Below, in pieces: positions 40,985 through 50,481 of a stretch of 64,000 nt of DNA (the stretch's first letter is position 1; every line of letters starts with the position of its first letter). The notes under the pieces were generated by a model that was not told the origin of the DNA, ran no database searches, and saw only the letters and a list, made by a program, of their open reading frames with translations. This DNA is from Octopus vulgaris (taxonomy: Eukaryota). The stretch is taken from assembly GCA_951406725.2 (NCBI GenBank), contig OX597818.1:97588001-97652000 (forward strand). The letters run 5' to 3'. A program made the translations under genes and the position numbers.

Positions 40985-41390
40985 ATTAATTCTTCCCTTC
41001 TTTTCCTCGATGTTCTCTCTCTTTTGATTGCTCTCCTTTATACTGCTTCCTCTTACATTTCATTTTGTCGCCTTTGTGATGCTCTCATTCTTAGATATCC
41101 TCTCCTCACTGCTGCTTGCTCTTCTCTTTCATCTTGGTGCTTTTGTGCTGATCTCTCTTTTTGGATATCTCTCCTTTATGCAATTAGGTACTCCTTTTCA
41201 TTTTGACGTCTTCGAGCCTGTCTTCTTGCGTCTTGCACTTGTCTCTCTTGTTCCACTTCTTGTGATTGATTTAATAACCTTAATATATTGTTTAATATTC
41301 TTGCGTCCAGTTTTTCCTGAGTGAGACTGGCTGTTCTTCACCTTTGTCTTTCTCTGGCTAACCATTGTCTTCTGTCTGATTCATTCTACA
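40985..41390 (-). pseudogene. Decayed 23-aa-periodic (STPR-like) coding fragment, probably Helitron-derived
   Basis: Reads RRRQNEKEYLIA*RRDIQKERSAQKHQDEREEQAAVRRGYLRMRASQRRQNEM*EEAV*RR. The period is 23 aa and there are several stops. Confidence 0.5.
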
Positions 41391-42367
41391 TGGCAGGTGG
41401 ATGAGTATATTTAATACAACGGAACACAAACTTCAAAACAAATGAGTATATTTGTGTGTGTGTGTGTGTACGTTAGTTTGTTTATATTTCTATACATAAC
41501 CATACAATACAAAGTCCAAAATTACACAGGATTACATTAACAGCATACACACAGTGACTTATTTTTTTTTTCTGTCTATCTGTCTGTCTGTCTCTCTCTC
41601 TCTTTGTTTCACACTCTTTACTGCCTGAAATAGAAAAAGATCTTGAAGACAAACTTCACCACTTTGGCAAAATTCCTCATTCATAAATATTTACAAACAT
41701 CACTGTATTGGCAAGTATTCGTAAATATTTATAATTACCTTCCTTTTATATTTAGCTTTCTTTAAACAGACAATATTCTCAAGCTTTCTTTCAATAGACA
41801 ATATTTTAATTTTATGACTTAAAAATTACTACTTATTTACTTATCTTATATTCTATTAACTTTCCAACTTTTTAAGCAGAAAAAAATCTTCCAGAACAGT
41901 CAAACATCCATAGAGATACAGAAAAAATAATTTTGAGGTGCAAAAATCTTATTTACTTATCTTATATATTGTTATAAATGTTATAAAGGCTTTGGTTGGT
42001 CTGGGGTTGTAATAGAAGACTCTTACCCACAGTGCAACGCAATAGGACCGAACTTGAAAGTATGCATTTGAGAAGCAAAGCACATGATTTTGGTGCCATG
42101 CAGTAGGACTGAACCTGAAACCACATACTTGCAAAACAAGCTTCTTAACCACACAGCCATGCCTGCACCTATAGTTATGAAGTTTTAATTCATAACCAAT
42201 TAATCAGTAATTGGGAGATTTAACCTTATACTCATTATAGAAATCTGAGTAGATTATTAATTAATTAAATAATTAGAAATATAGAATTTGTTGAGCTTTG
42301 TTTTTGTTTTTTGTTTTTTTTTGTAATGTGGCAAAGACATAGAATAGTTATAAATATTTCCCCTCAC

Positions 42368-42479
42368 CTCGCATGGCTACATGTTGGTCAATAAGACTGA
42401 CAATCTTCATATATCCATTGATAAGAGCCAGTGACCGGGCAGTGTCTCCAATGATGGTCTTAGCATTAAAATGAACACC
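42368..42479 (-). CDS. ANKS3: ANKS3 coding exon 5 (last ankyrin repeat)
   Basis: Encodes GVHFNAKTIIGDTARSLALINGYMKIVSLIDQHVAMR. tttcAG/GTGAG boundaries, 112 nt, phase 0 to 1. Confidence 0.92.
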
Positions 42480-42526
42480 CTGAAATTACAGAATTACAAG
42501 AATTCATAAGAGAGATAGATAGATAC

Positions 42527-42559
<33 letters not shown>

Positions 42560-42940
42560 TAAATAAAGGTTCATAAAAGAAATGAAAGGGTAAAATGTTA
42601 AAAGCATAACACAGCATATAAATATTTTATTTGGTGGCATAAAAGAAGATGCAGCCCTAATCTTGGCAGCAGATAGTCAGGAAAAAAAATAGTTATTAGT
42701 GCATTAATGCATGTAAAATTTAAAGGTGACTAGCTGGTAGAATCAATAGCCTGCCAGGTGAAATGCTTAGCTGCACTATGTCTGTCTCTATGTTCTGAGT
42801 TCAAATTCCGCCGAGGTTGATTTTTGCCTTTCATCCTCTCAGGGTCGATAAAGTAAATACCAGTGGAGCTCTGGGGTCAATCTAATTGACCTCTCCCTGA
42901 ACTTGCTGGCCTTGTGCCAAAATTTGAAACCAACATATAA

Positions 42941-43164
42941 CCCTTTCATAACTGTATTTATTTTGAAATACTCTGTGTTTCTTTCAATTAATTAACAAAG
43001 AATTTAGTAAAATTTAGTAAAATAACATCGTTATCATTAAGCTAGTGTCAGGAACATAAATTGTGACTAAGATTTGGTGGAAGATTTGAATTCAAAACTT
43101 ATGAAACCAAGACATTTATACTAATGAGCCAGAGCCGGTTTCAGCCATGTTGGTAACGAAAGGG
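42941..43164. mobile_element. piggyBac-type MITE
   Basis: Reads ATAA|CCCTTTC...GAAAGGG|TTAA. Confidence 0.6.
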
Positions 43165-43889
43165 TTAAAGCAATCAAAGCAGTGAACTGACACAAGCATT
43201 ACTATACTGGAAAAATGCTTAGTGGCATTTCTTCAGACTTTACATTTTGAGTTCAACTAGGATTGGCTTTGCTTTTATTTCTTTTGTGGGGCCCGATAAA
43301 ATAAATACCAGTTAAACACTGGGTTCGATGTAATCAACTTGCTTCATTGTTATAAGCTTGCTGAAGCATGTTCAGTCTTTGCAGCAGATTTCCCAAGTTT
43401 AATGTAAAATCTCACATTGGCTCTCTGTTCCAACTTCCTGTCTATGACAAAAATCGCAGACCACGGCCTACACGTGATCACAAAAACACAAATTTCACAA
43501 CTTGTGAAGTAAACACAGTGATGTCACTCAGCACACTACCTCATGAAGGTCACTGCTACCTCTCACCCTGTACGCAACTGTGTGCTGCCATCTACTGGTG
43601 TGCTACAGAACTAGTCTGAGAACTTTTTTTGATACCACTTATCTATAAAAGGTTTATAAGTTATTTTGTTTAGAATAACAAAAGACAGTAAAACAGCAAA
43701 ATCATTAGTGTTGGACATACATTAATATATGTTAGTTCAAATCCTGCCAAAATCAGCTTTACTTTTCATCATTCTGGGGCCAGTAAAATACAGTACCAGT
43801 CAGATGTAATACATTATCAGAAATAATTAGAACACTGACAAAATGTTTTGCAGTTATTATCTGGACTCTGTATTTTCTGAGTGCCCAGA

Positions 43890-44320
43890 AAAGTGGGTTG
43901 AAATTAAAATAATAGACAGAGAACACCATGGGGAAAATACAAGAACTAAAAGAAGCAGCACATATGCTAGGACACAACAACCTCCTAAGCAGACCGTGTG
44001 CAGATATGAATAGCATATGGGAACCGGTATCAAGGAAGGATAGGAGAATATTAGATTTGTAAACCCTAAAATTCACTCTATAATTGCTCACGGGCATATG
44101 GCATAGTGGTTAAGAGCACTGGCTACTAACTCCAAGATTTCGATTCCAGGCAGTGACCTGGAATAATAATGATAACGATAACAGCAATAACAAAGAGAAC
44201 CCAGGTTCGAAATTTCCCCAAGACACCTGATGAAGGCTGGAGGGTATATCAGCTGAAACATTGTTAACAACAAACACGATGAAGACAAATATCCGTCAAA
44301 TGTAAATAGTGTAAATAATG
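43890..44320 (+). mobile_element. PLE 3' end: GIY-YIG C-terminus, tRNA-like segment and hammerhead core
   Basis: Frameshifted EIKIIDREHH.KIQELKEAAHMLGHNNLLSRPCADMNSIWEPV...LDL*. A-box TGGCATAGTGG at 44099. CTGATGA at 44227-44233, stem GGCTG/CAGCT, GAAA at 44255-44258. Confidence 0.7.
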
Positions 44321-44355
44321 GTCTACATTGCAAGATGGTGACTTGTAGGAGAAAA

Positions 44356-44683
44356 GGATCTTTTTCCTTTTGAATGGCACTTTGTAACATAATTTCTAGG
44401 TAACTAAAAAGTTTTAAACTTCGTATACTGGTAGAATGTGTTTATAAAACATCATTTTCTCTTGGCTTTATTGAGAAAATTCTATAGTTTGTAAGATATT
44501 TCGTCTGAAATTACTTGCATTTCGGCAATTTTAACCAATCACTCGAGTCCATTTAGGTAAATAACATTCTGTGCATAATGAATATGTCCCTCCTTTAGGA
44601 AACAGATTGGGTTTATTTACATTTGTGAAGAAAAAAAAAGATACCCTTCCCCAACCCCTAACCCGTTCAAAAGGAAAATACCC
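44356..44683. mobile_element. Internally deleted MITE related to 13054-13475
   Basis: GGATCTTTTTCC start, shared interior (aacataatttctaggtaactaaaaa..., gaaacagattgggtttatttac) and a degenerate right TIR. Confidence 0.7.
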
Positions 44684-45819
44684 AAAGAAATGCAATGGAA
44701 ATCATCTTTATATTCTCCAATGAAGATTCTATAACATACTCATAGTACTTGTCAAAATATCACCAGGGTTTGTTTGTCAATCTGATGATACAAAACAACA
44801 ACAAAAACTAAACAAAATGTAAAACGCCCCCAAAACACAGTAAGCTTAATATAGTAAATGAAAATTATGCTTTCACTTCATTATCATCGTTGTTTTATTG
44901 TCTACTTTTGTCTACTTGCTGGGTCAGATGACAGTATGCTGTAGCAGAGTTCTTTACATCAGGGTGGCCTTCCTAGCGCTGATCCCCTGTTGTCTCCAAG
45001 GAAAGTAATAATCTCCCAGTCTACTGAACAAGAAACTAAACATGGTTATGCTGAGAGCTTGAAACAAATGATATGAATAAATCTTTCCTTTACAAAGATT
45101 GTCTAACATGTCAGTACATGTCAAGAAACCCAGCCATGACTTCATGGTGGACTGCTATCAAATTACATCGTCTGTATGAAGCCATTGTTTATGACTATTG
45201 AACGCACGAGAAGACGTGAGGAAGTATGAACTCATTTAAACACACACACATGCACGCAGACACGCCAACACGCACCCACATCAAACACATTCATTATTCT
45301 TTTACGATGGCTTAGCTGGCCGAAACTTCAAAGTCACTGTCAACAACATTCTTGTATAAGAATAATAAATTTGTATCTACAAAGATATAGAGCAGGCCTG
45401 GCCAACTCGAATTACATTGCGGGCCACTTAATCGCAGAAAGTTTTTTGAGGGCTGCTTGTATACTTTATGCACTAATAATCAAGTAATCAAATTACAGAA
45501 TCAAGAATTTTTCGTACTTTTCGTTTGTTTAAAATTATAAAATTGTAGGCTATTGATTTATTGCCTCTTATAAATTTAAAATTTATTTTGAAACAAATGT
45601 TTTACACAAACAATTTTATTTTGAAATTAAACACAATACTTGAAGAAAGTATCAAGCGGACCGCAAGATAAAAGTCCTGGTATGGGGTAACCCATTAGAT
45701 TAATGTAAAATTGTTTTATAACTGAACATAAAAACAAATACACACACACACCCAAAAAGTATAGTATTAAATATCCATCATGGCTGATCTAAAAATATGG
45801 AACACTTCACGAATTTGCG

Positions 45820-45870
45820 TGGCCCCTGCATAAGGATGACATGCAAATTCATGAAACGTTCCATATTTTT
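45820..45870 (+). pseudogene. 3' half of U6 snRNA, with an inverted partial copy at 45791-45821
   Basis: TGGCCCCTGCATAAGGATGACATGCAAATTCATGAAACGTTCCATATTTTT compared with canonical U6 TGGCCCCTGCGCAAGGATGACACGCAAATTCGTGAAGCGTTCCATATTTTT. It lacks the 5' half, including the ACAGAGA box. Confidence 0.9.
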
Positions 45871-46936
45871 AGATCGGTCATGATGGATATTTAAAACTAT
45901 ACTTTTCGGATAAATATACCCACTCTGACAGATACACGAGTGCATCTTTTCCCTGACTTATGGCCTCTTAGACGACTCACGCGTACTGTTGTATTTCGGG
46001 ACGGTCATTTTTTTTTGCCAAATAAACACACGCACTATATATTCATTCTTAGCAGTAATACCTGTCATTGAGTAGGTAATTACTTTTTCTGTTTCTCGGG
46101 CCGAGAAGCTAGAAAAATAGGTATACCACATAGAAGAATAGCTTTACAGAAACCGGTTGACTGTGATGGCACTGAAAAGGCTGCAGGTCACGTGGAACAT
46201 CACTTCATATAGAAAAATCATTGCACGTTGTGCGTTTGTTTGGTGTTCGTTCTTTGACGGTCTCTCTTTTTTTTTTTAGTAGACATTTTTTTGATTAGGA
46301 ATATCAGTAAGTAATAGTGAAATGAAATTACAAATGTTGTGTCCCGTTAGTGTTAGCACTGAAATTTCGATGCTATATTACGGGAATGGAAGCCAAGGCT
46401 ACAGTAAGTAACAGTCCAATGAAATTACAAATGCTGTGTCCTGTAAGTCAGATTTAGGTTTACTTGTATGTGTATATTATATAAGAGAAAAACATGTAAT
46501 AATTGAAGTGGAAAAACGATGGATTTCATATACGAACTTCTGTTTGTTCTTCATATGGCGAAAGAAAGTGGTATAAGAAATTGTAAGAGCTTAAATTTGA
46601 ATGGGACATTTGATCATATAACTGGTATGTGAGGAACGAAGATAGTATCACGTTTACCACTAGTGAGAATATTTGCTTCAGTGCAGTTCGTCATAGGTTT
46701 GTGCACAAGTAGTGTCGCCTCCCTTGAATCACTTACCTTCAATTTATGGGACAAACACACAAATGGATAGAATCTCTCTTTTATATATATACATACGTAC
46801 GTACAAAGGGTGCGGTGGGTAAATTGTCACCAGTTTTTATTTTTTATTTCACGCACGCGCATTGTTTGTCTTTGATTTTGTCGACTACACAGTATGTTAA
46901 AGTCAGTTAGGCACTGTCTGTGAGAAAGACAACACC

Positions 46937-48607
46937 CTGAGTTCGGTCGTGTTTTTTTTACGCTCGTAAAATTCGGTAAAAAAGATCAGAAAGAATTGTT
47001 GTTGTTGTGGAAATTTTGAACGGCGTTGAGGCGGTTTCGCGTTTTCGCTGGTTCTGCGCGTTACACTTTTTCTGTTTTGGCGGCCGTTTTTCGGCCTGTC
47101 AGACAGGAGGAAATGGATGACCACTCCCTAGCGGAGGAATCGGAGGAGGAATGGATATTTGAGAACTTGTCGGAGACATCGAACTCTGAAGACGAGCAAA
47201 TCGGTGATGTAAATAATGTGGAGATAAAAAACAGGAAAACGTACGCAGGAGTTGCAAAAAAGAAGACGGCACAGGAAAAGGAAATAAACCTAGGAAAATT
47301 GCCAGGTTTCCAGAGGTATATGAGGAAGGACAGCGGCGAGGTGGAACTGGAACCACCACCAAAGAGAAAGGAATGGTACAATAAGAGGACCATTATTTAC
47401 AGGGTGTTCGCGAACGAAAGAAAGAAAATAGAGGTTGTAAACATGGAGTGGATAGAGGAGGCCCTGAGAAGATCGGAGGAGGAAATCATTTTTCTGACTC
47501 GAGGATCGAAGTACGGTACTGTAGTGGTACATTTTAAAAGTGAGACTGCAGCGAGGAAGATGGCGGTGAAGGCGGTGAAGTCAGAAAAGGTAACACTTTT
47601 ACCTATGTATTTGAATAGAAGGATTACACGAGTGAGGGTGGAGGGAGTGCCACCAAACGTTGAGGCAGAGTGGATTGTGGCGGCTGTGATCAGCGGCCAC
47701 GAGGAGGAAGTGGATATTCTCCATGCCTCGGTTAAGACCGAGGGCTGGAGAGGCGTAACAGTGGAGCTGAACGTGCAGGCAGAAAACGAGGTACTGGTGG
47801 ACCTGGTGGAAAGCATCAGATTGGGAGACGTGATTATGAGAGTGTGGGTGGAGGGCAGAGCTCCACGTTGTTACAAGTGTGGCCTGAGGGGCCACATAAG
47901 AGCCTTCTGCCCTCCCCCACCAAGAGAAAAGGAAATCGTTGAGGAAGCTCCAAAAGAGGAGGCCCCAAAAGAGGAAGAAATTAAAGAGAAGCAGACGGAA
48001 AGGGAAACGACAGAGGAGGAGGAGATGCAAAAAGAGTGGGAGGAGGGCAGAAAGAAGAGAAAAGGAAAGAAAAGGAAAAACTGTGCGAAGCCCCAACCCA
48101 CCCCAACACCACCCACACCCTTGGAGACCCATCCTGCCCCTGCAAACAGCGATTCCACCCACTCCCCGCCTACAAGAAAAACGAAAACAGACACACAGAA
48201 CATACAAAGGCCCAAGTCCTACTTTTTATGTGTTGTGAGGAAGGGGGATACCGAGAACGCAAGAAGGATTTTTGAGGACGATGTATGGCAAGAGTATGAA
48301 GACGGTAGCTACGCGGTGTTTGATTTTGAACTTATGGGCTCTTTGATGAGCAAGTGTAATGAACTGCGTATAAATTGTTTGTCAGCGTATATGAAGGATG
48401 ATATGATAGAGAGGTATGAAAGAGAAATGAAGGGTGAGGTAAAAGACTTTGGAATTGTGATAGGAAACGGAAAGGTAAGTGATGCTTTCATATTATCATT
48501 TTTTTCATTTTAACATTCATTTACTCATAATTTTAATCACATTGTTTTATATCCCCCATGTCTTGTAATGTTTCCTCTTCGTAGCCCCTAGTGGGTAATA
48601 AAGAAAT
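46937..48607 (+). mobile_element. ORF1-only non-LTR retroelement (HAL1-like architecture)
   Basis: Perfect 14-bp TSD AGAAAGACAACACC at 46923-46936 and 48608-48621. One ORF and no RT. The 3' end reads tagcccctagtgggtAATAAAGAAAT. Confidence 0.85.
47113..48513 (+). CDS. Intact L1/Tx1-type ORF1 (gag-like) protein, 466 aa, with an RRM-like region and a CCHC zinc knuckle
   Basis: Uninterrupted ORF. Motifs include TYAGVAK, YGTVVVHFKSETAARK, TRVRVEGVPP and RVWVEGRAPRCYKCGLRGHIRAFCP (CX2CX4HX4C), followed by acidic/basic and Pro-rich tracts. Confidence 0.85.
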   Translation: MDDHSLAEESEEEWIFENLSETSNSEDEQIGDVNNVEIKNRKTYAGVAKKKTAQEKEINLGKLPGFQRYMRKDSGEVELEPPPKRKEWYNKRTIIYRVFANERKKIEVVNMEWIEEALRRSEEEIIFLTRGSKYGTVVVHFKSETAARKMAVKAVKSEKVTLLPMYLNRRITRVRVEGVPPNVEAEWIVAAVISGHEEEVDILHASVKTEGWRGVTVELNVQAENEVLVDLVESIRLGDVIMRVWVEGRAPRCYKCGLRGHIRAFCPPPPREKEIVEEAPKEEAPKEEEIKEKQTERETTEEEEMQKEWEEGRKKRKGKKRKNCAKPQPTPTPPTPLETHPAPANSDSTHSPPTRKTKTDTQNIQRPKSYFLCVVRKGDTENARRIFEDDVWQEYEDGSYAVFDFELMGSLMSKCNELRINCLSAYMKDDMIERYEREMKGEVKDFGIVIGNGKVSDAFILSFFSF

Positions 48608-50147
48608 AGAAAGACAACACCATGACGCAATTCACCCTGCCAGAAATTTGGAAACGACATGCTGTACTGCTTGGCATTCGCGCCGGAAGCTCAAATACGA
48701 ACATTTCAGAGTGTTTAGGTATCAATAAGAGGACATGTACCAAGAATGAGAAAAATCAAACATCCAGTCAACATCATGGTGTTTGGAGTGATCTCTAGTG
48801 ACGGCGGCATTATGCTTCCATTCATCTTCCCACACGGCCTCAAACTCAACACGGAGACCTACATGAAGTGCCTGGAGAAGGTAGTGCTGCCCTGGGTCAA
48901 GAGGGTGGCTAGGCAACAGGACTCTGCACCATGCCACACAAGCAGGAGAACCCAGTCATAGCTGTCAGACAATTTCTGCGACCACATCACCCCTAACATC
49001 TGGCTACCTAACTCTCCAGACTGTAATCCCCTTGATTATTATGTGTGGGGCGCAGTTGAGCGAGAGACCAACAAAACTCCTTGTAACACCAAAGATGAAC
49101 TGAAGGCAAGGATTAGGGCAGCATTCACCAACTTAAACAATGAGACTGACCAGAAGAGTTGCTGGAGATTCTAAAGTCGTCTGGAGGCCGTGGTTGAAGC
49201 CAATTGCAATTTTATTGAACAAATATACTCATTAGTATTTCAAGATATTTTTTATGTAATTTTGGTAAATATATCTATAAAAATGAGATGCCAATGTTAT
49301 TTTTATCCAGGACTTGCTAGTCATGCACTGCATGTCCGTTGGTTTTTTTTTTTTATATAACTCAAAAATTATTTTAAAAACATAATGTATTTATAACCAC
49401 ATTGAAAAGTTGTCCAAATCATTGGAAACTGAGCTAAAATAGTTAATTTGCTTTAAAGGAAACCCGTCCTGATTGATACTTCGCTGTATTCCCATTTTGC
49501 TTCCTCTGGGTATGCTTTAAGAAAAACGTATATGAAATCTTTTGTACCCTCCCCCACTTCCTATCTTTAAATAGCTATCATTTCTCTTCTGCCTATCTGT
49601 AAAGTCAATGCCTGTAAGATTTTTTTTTCCTTGATAAAGTAACTGCTGAAGTCATGCTTTTGATGAAGGCGAATGTTAAGCTTTGATCTCCCCTCCTTTT
49701 CTATCAGTTCGTCTTTGTCAACCCGTAAAAGTTCTGACCAATACATATCAACAATCTCATAATTCTTAATTAGTTAGCTCAAATGTTTGGAATATCTTTC
49801 TACCGAAATTACCTGATTTGCGAATCTACAAGAAATTCATGAGACAATTTCAGTTTAATTTGTATGAAAAGAAAAAATTAGTTAACTGGTAGTGTTACGC
49901 TTAGTGGTTAGGGTGTCAGCATCATGATCGTAAGACTGTGGTTTCGATTCCTGGACCGGGCGACGCGTTGTGTTCTTGAGCAAAACACTTCATTTCACGT
50001 TGCTCCAGTCCACTCAGCTGGCGAAAATGAGTAACACTGCGATGGACTGGCGTCCCGTCCAGCTGGCGAACACATACGCCGTAGAAACCAAGAAACCAGG
50101 CCCATGAGCCTGGCTAGGCTTTAAAAGGGCGCATTTATTTATAAAAT

Positions 50148-50380
50148 GCCGGCGAGCTGGAAGAAACGTTAGCACGCCGGGCGAAATGCGTAGCCGTATT
50201 TCATCTGGCATTACGTTCTGAGTTCAAATTCCGCCGAGGTCGACTTTACCTTTCATCCTTTCAGGGTCGATAAATTAAGTACCAGTTACGCACTGGGGTC
50301 GATGTAATCGACTTAATCCGTTTGTCTGTCCTTGTTTGTCCCTTCTGTGTTTAGCCCCTTGTGGGTAGTTAAGAAATAGG
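50148..50380 (+). mobile_element. tRNA-derived SINE family A (Meta-domain-like). Other copies at about 1-290(+), 9990-10180(-), 25720-25935(-), 26490-26705(-), 29868-30103(-), 30708-30930(+), 34073-34485(-), 39517-39730(+), 42722-42935(+), 57670-57850(-), 58470-58680(-), 59300-59490(-), 62560-62760(+)
   Basis: Consensus ggcgagctgg.agaaacgttagc...gagttcaaattcc (B-box)...gcctttcatcctttcggggtcgataaattaagtaccag. Two alternative 3' tails occur. Confidence 0.85.
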
Positions 50381-50481
50381 TAGTGCTACGCTTAATAAGT
50401 TATTCTGCTGGATATGTCTGTTTGTTTTGTTTATAAAAAAATGGTTGGAATAATTAAATAATTTTGTATGAATAATTTTCT

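Larger units (their letters stand above)
46802..49300 (+). mobile_element. Decayed maT (DD37D) Tc1/mariner element, interrupted by the ORF1-only element
   Basis: Reads IMVFGVISSDG...QQDSAPCH...PNSPDCNPLDYYVWG, with 37 residues between the last two catalytic Asp. Has stops and deletions. Boundaries approximate. Confidence 0.8.

Noticed and set aside
45791-45870. Functional U6 snRNA gene
   Set aside because: It lacks the 5' stem and the ACAGAGA box and has CpG-type substitutions. It is kept only as a pseudogenic fragment.
47113-48513. Host gene nested in an ANKS3 intron, or an LTR-retrotransposon gag
   Set aside because: It is intronless, bounded by a 14-bp TSD inside another transposon, ends in a LINE/SINE-type tail, and has no LTRs or PBS.
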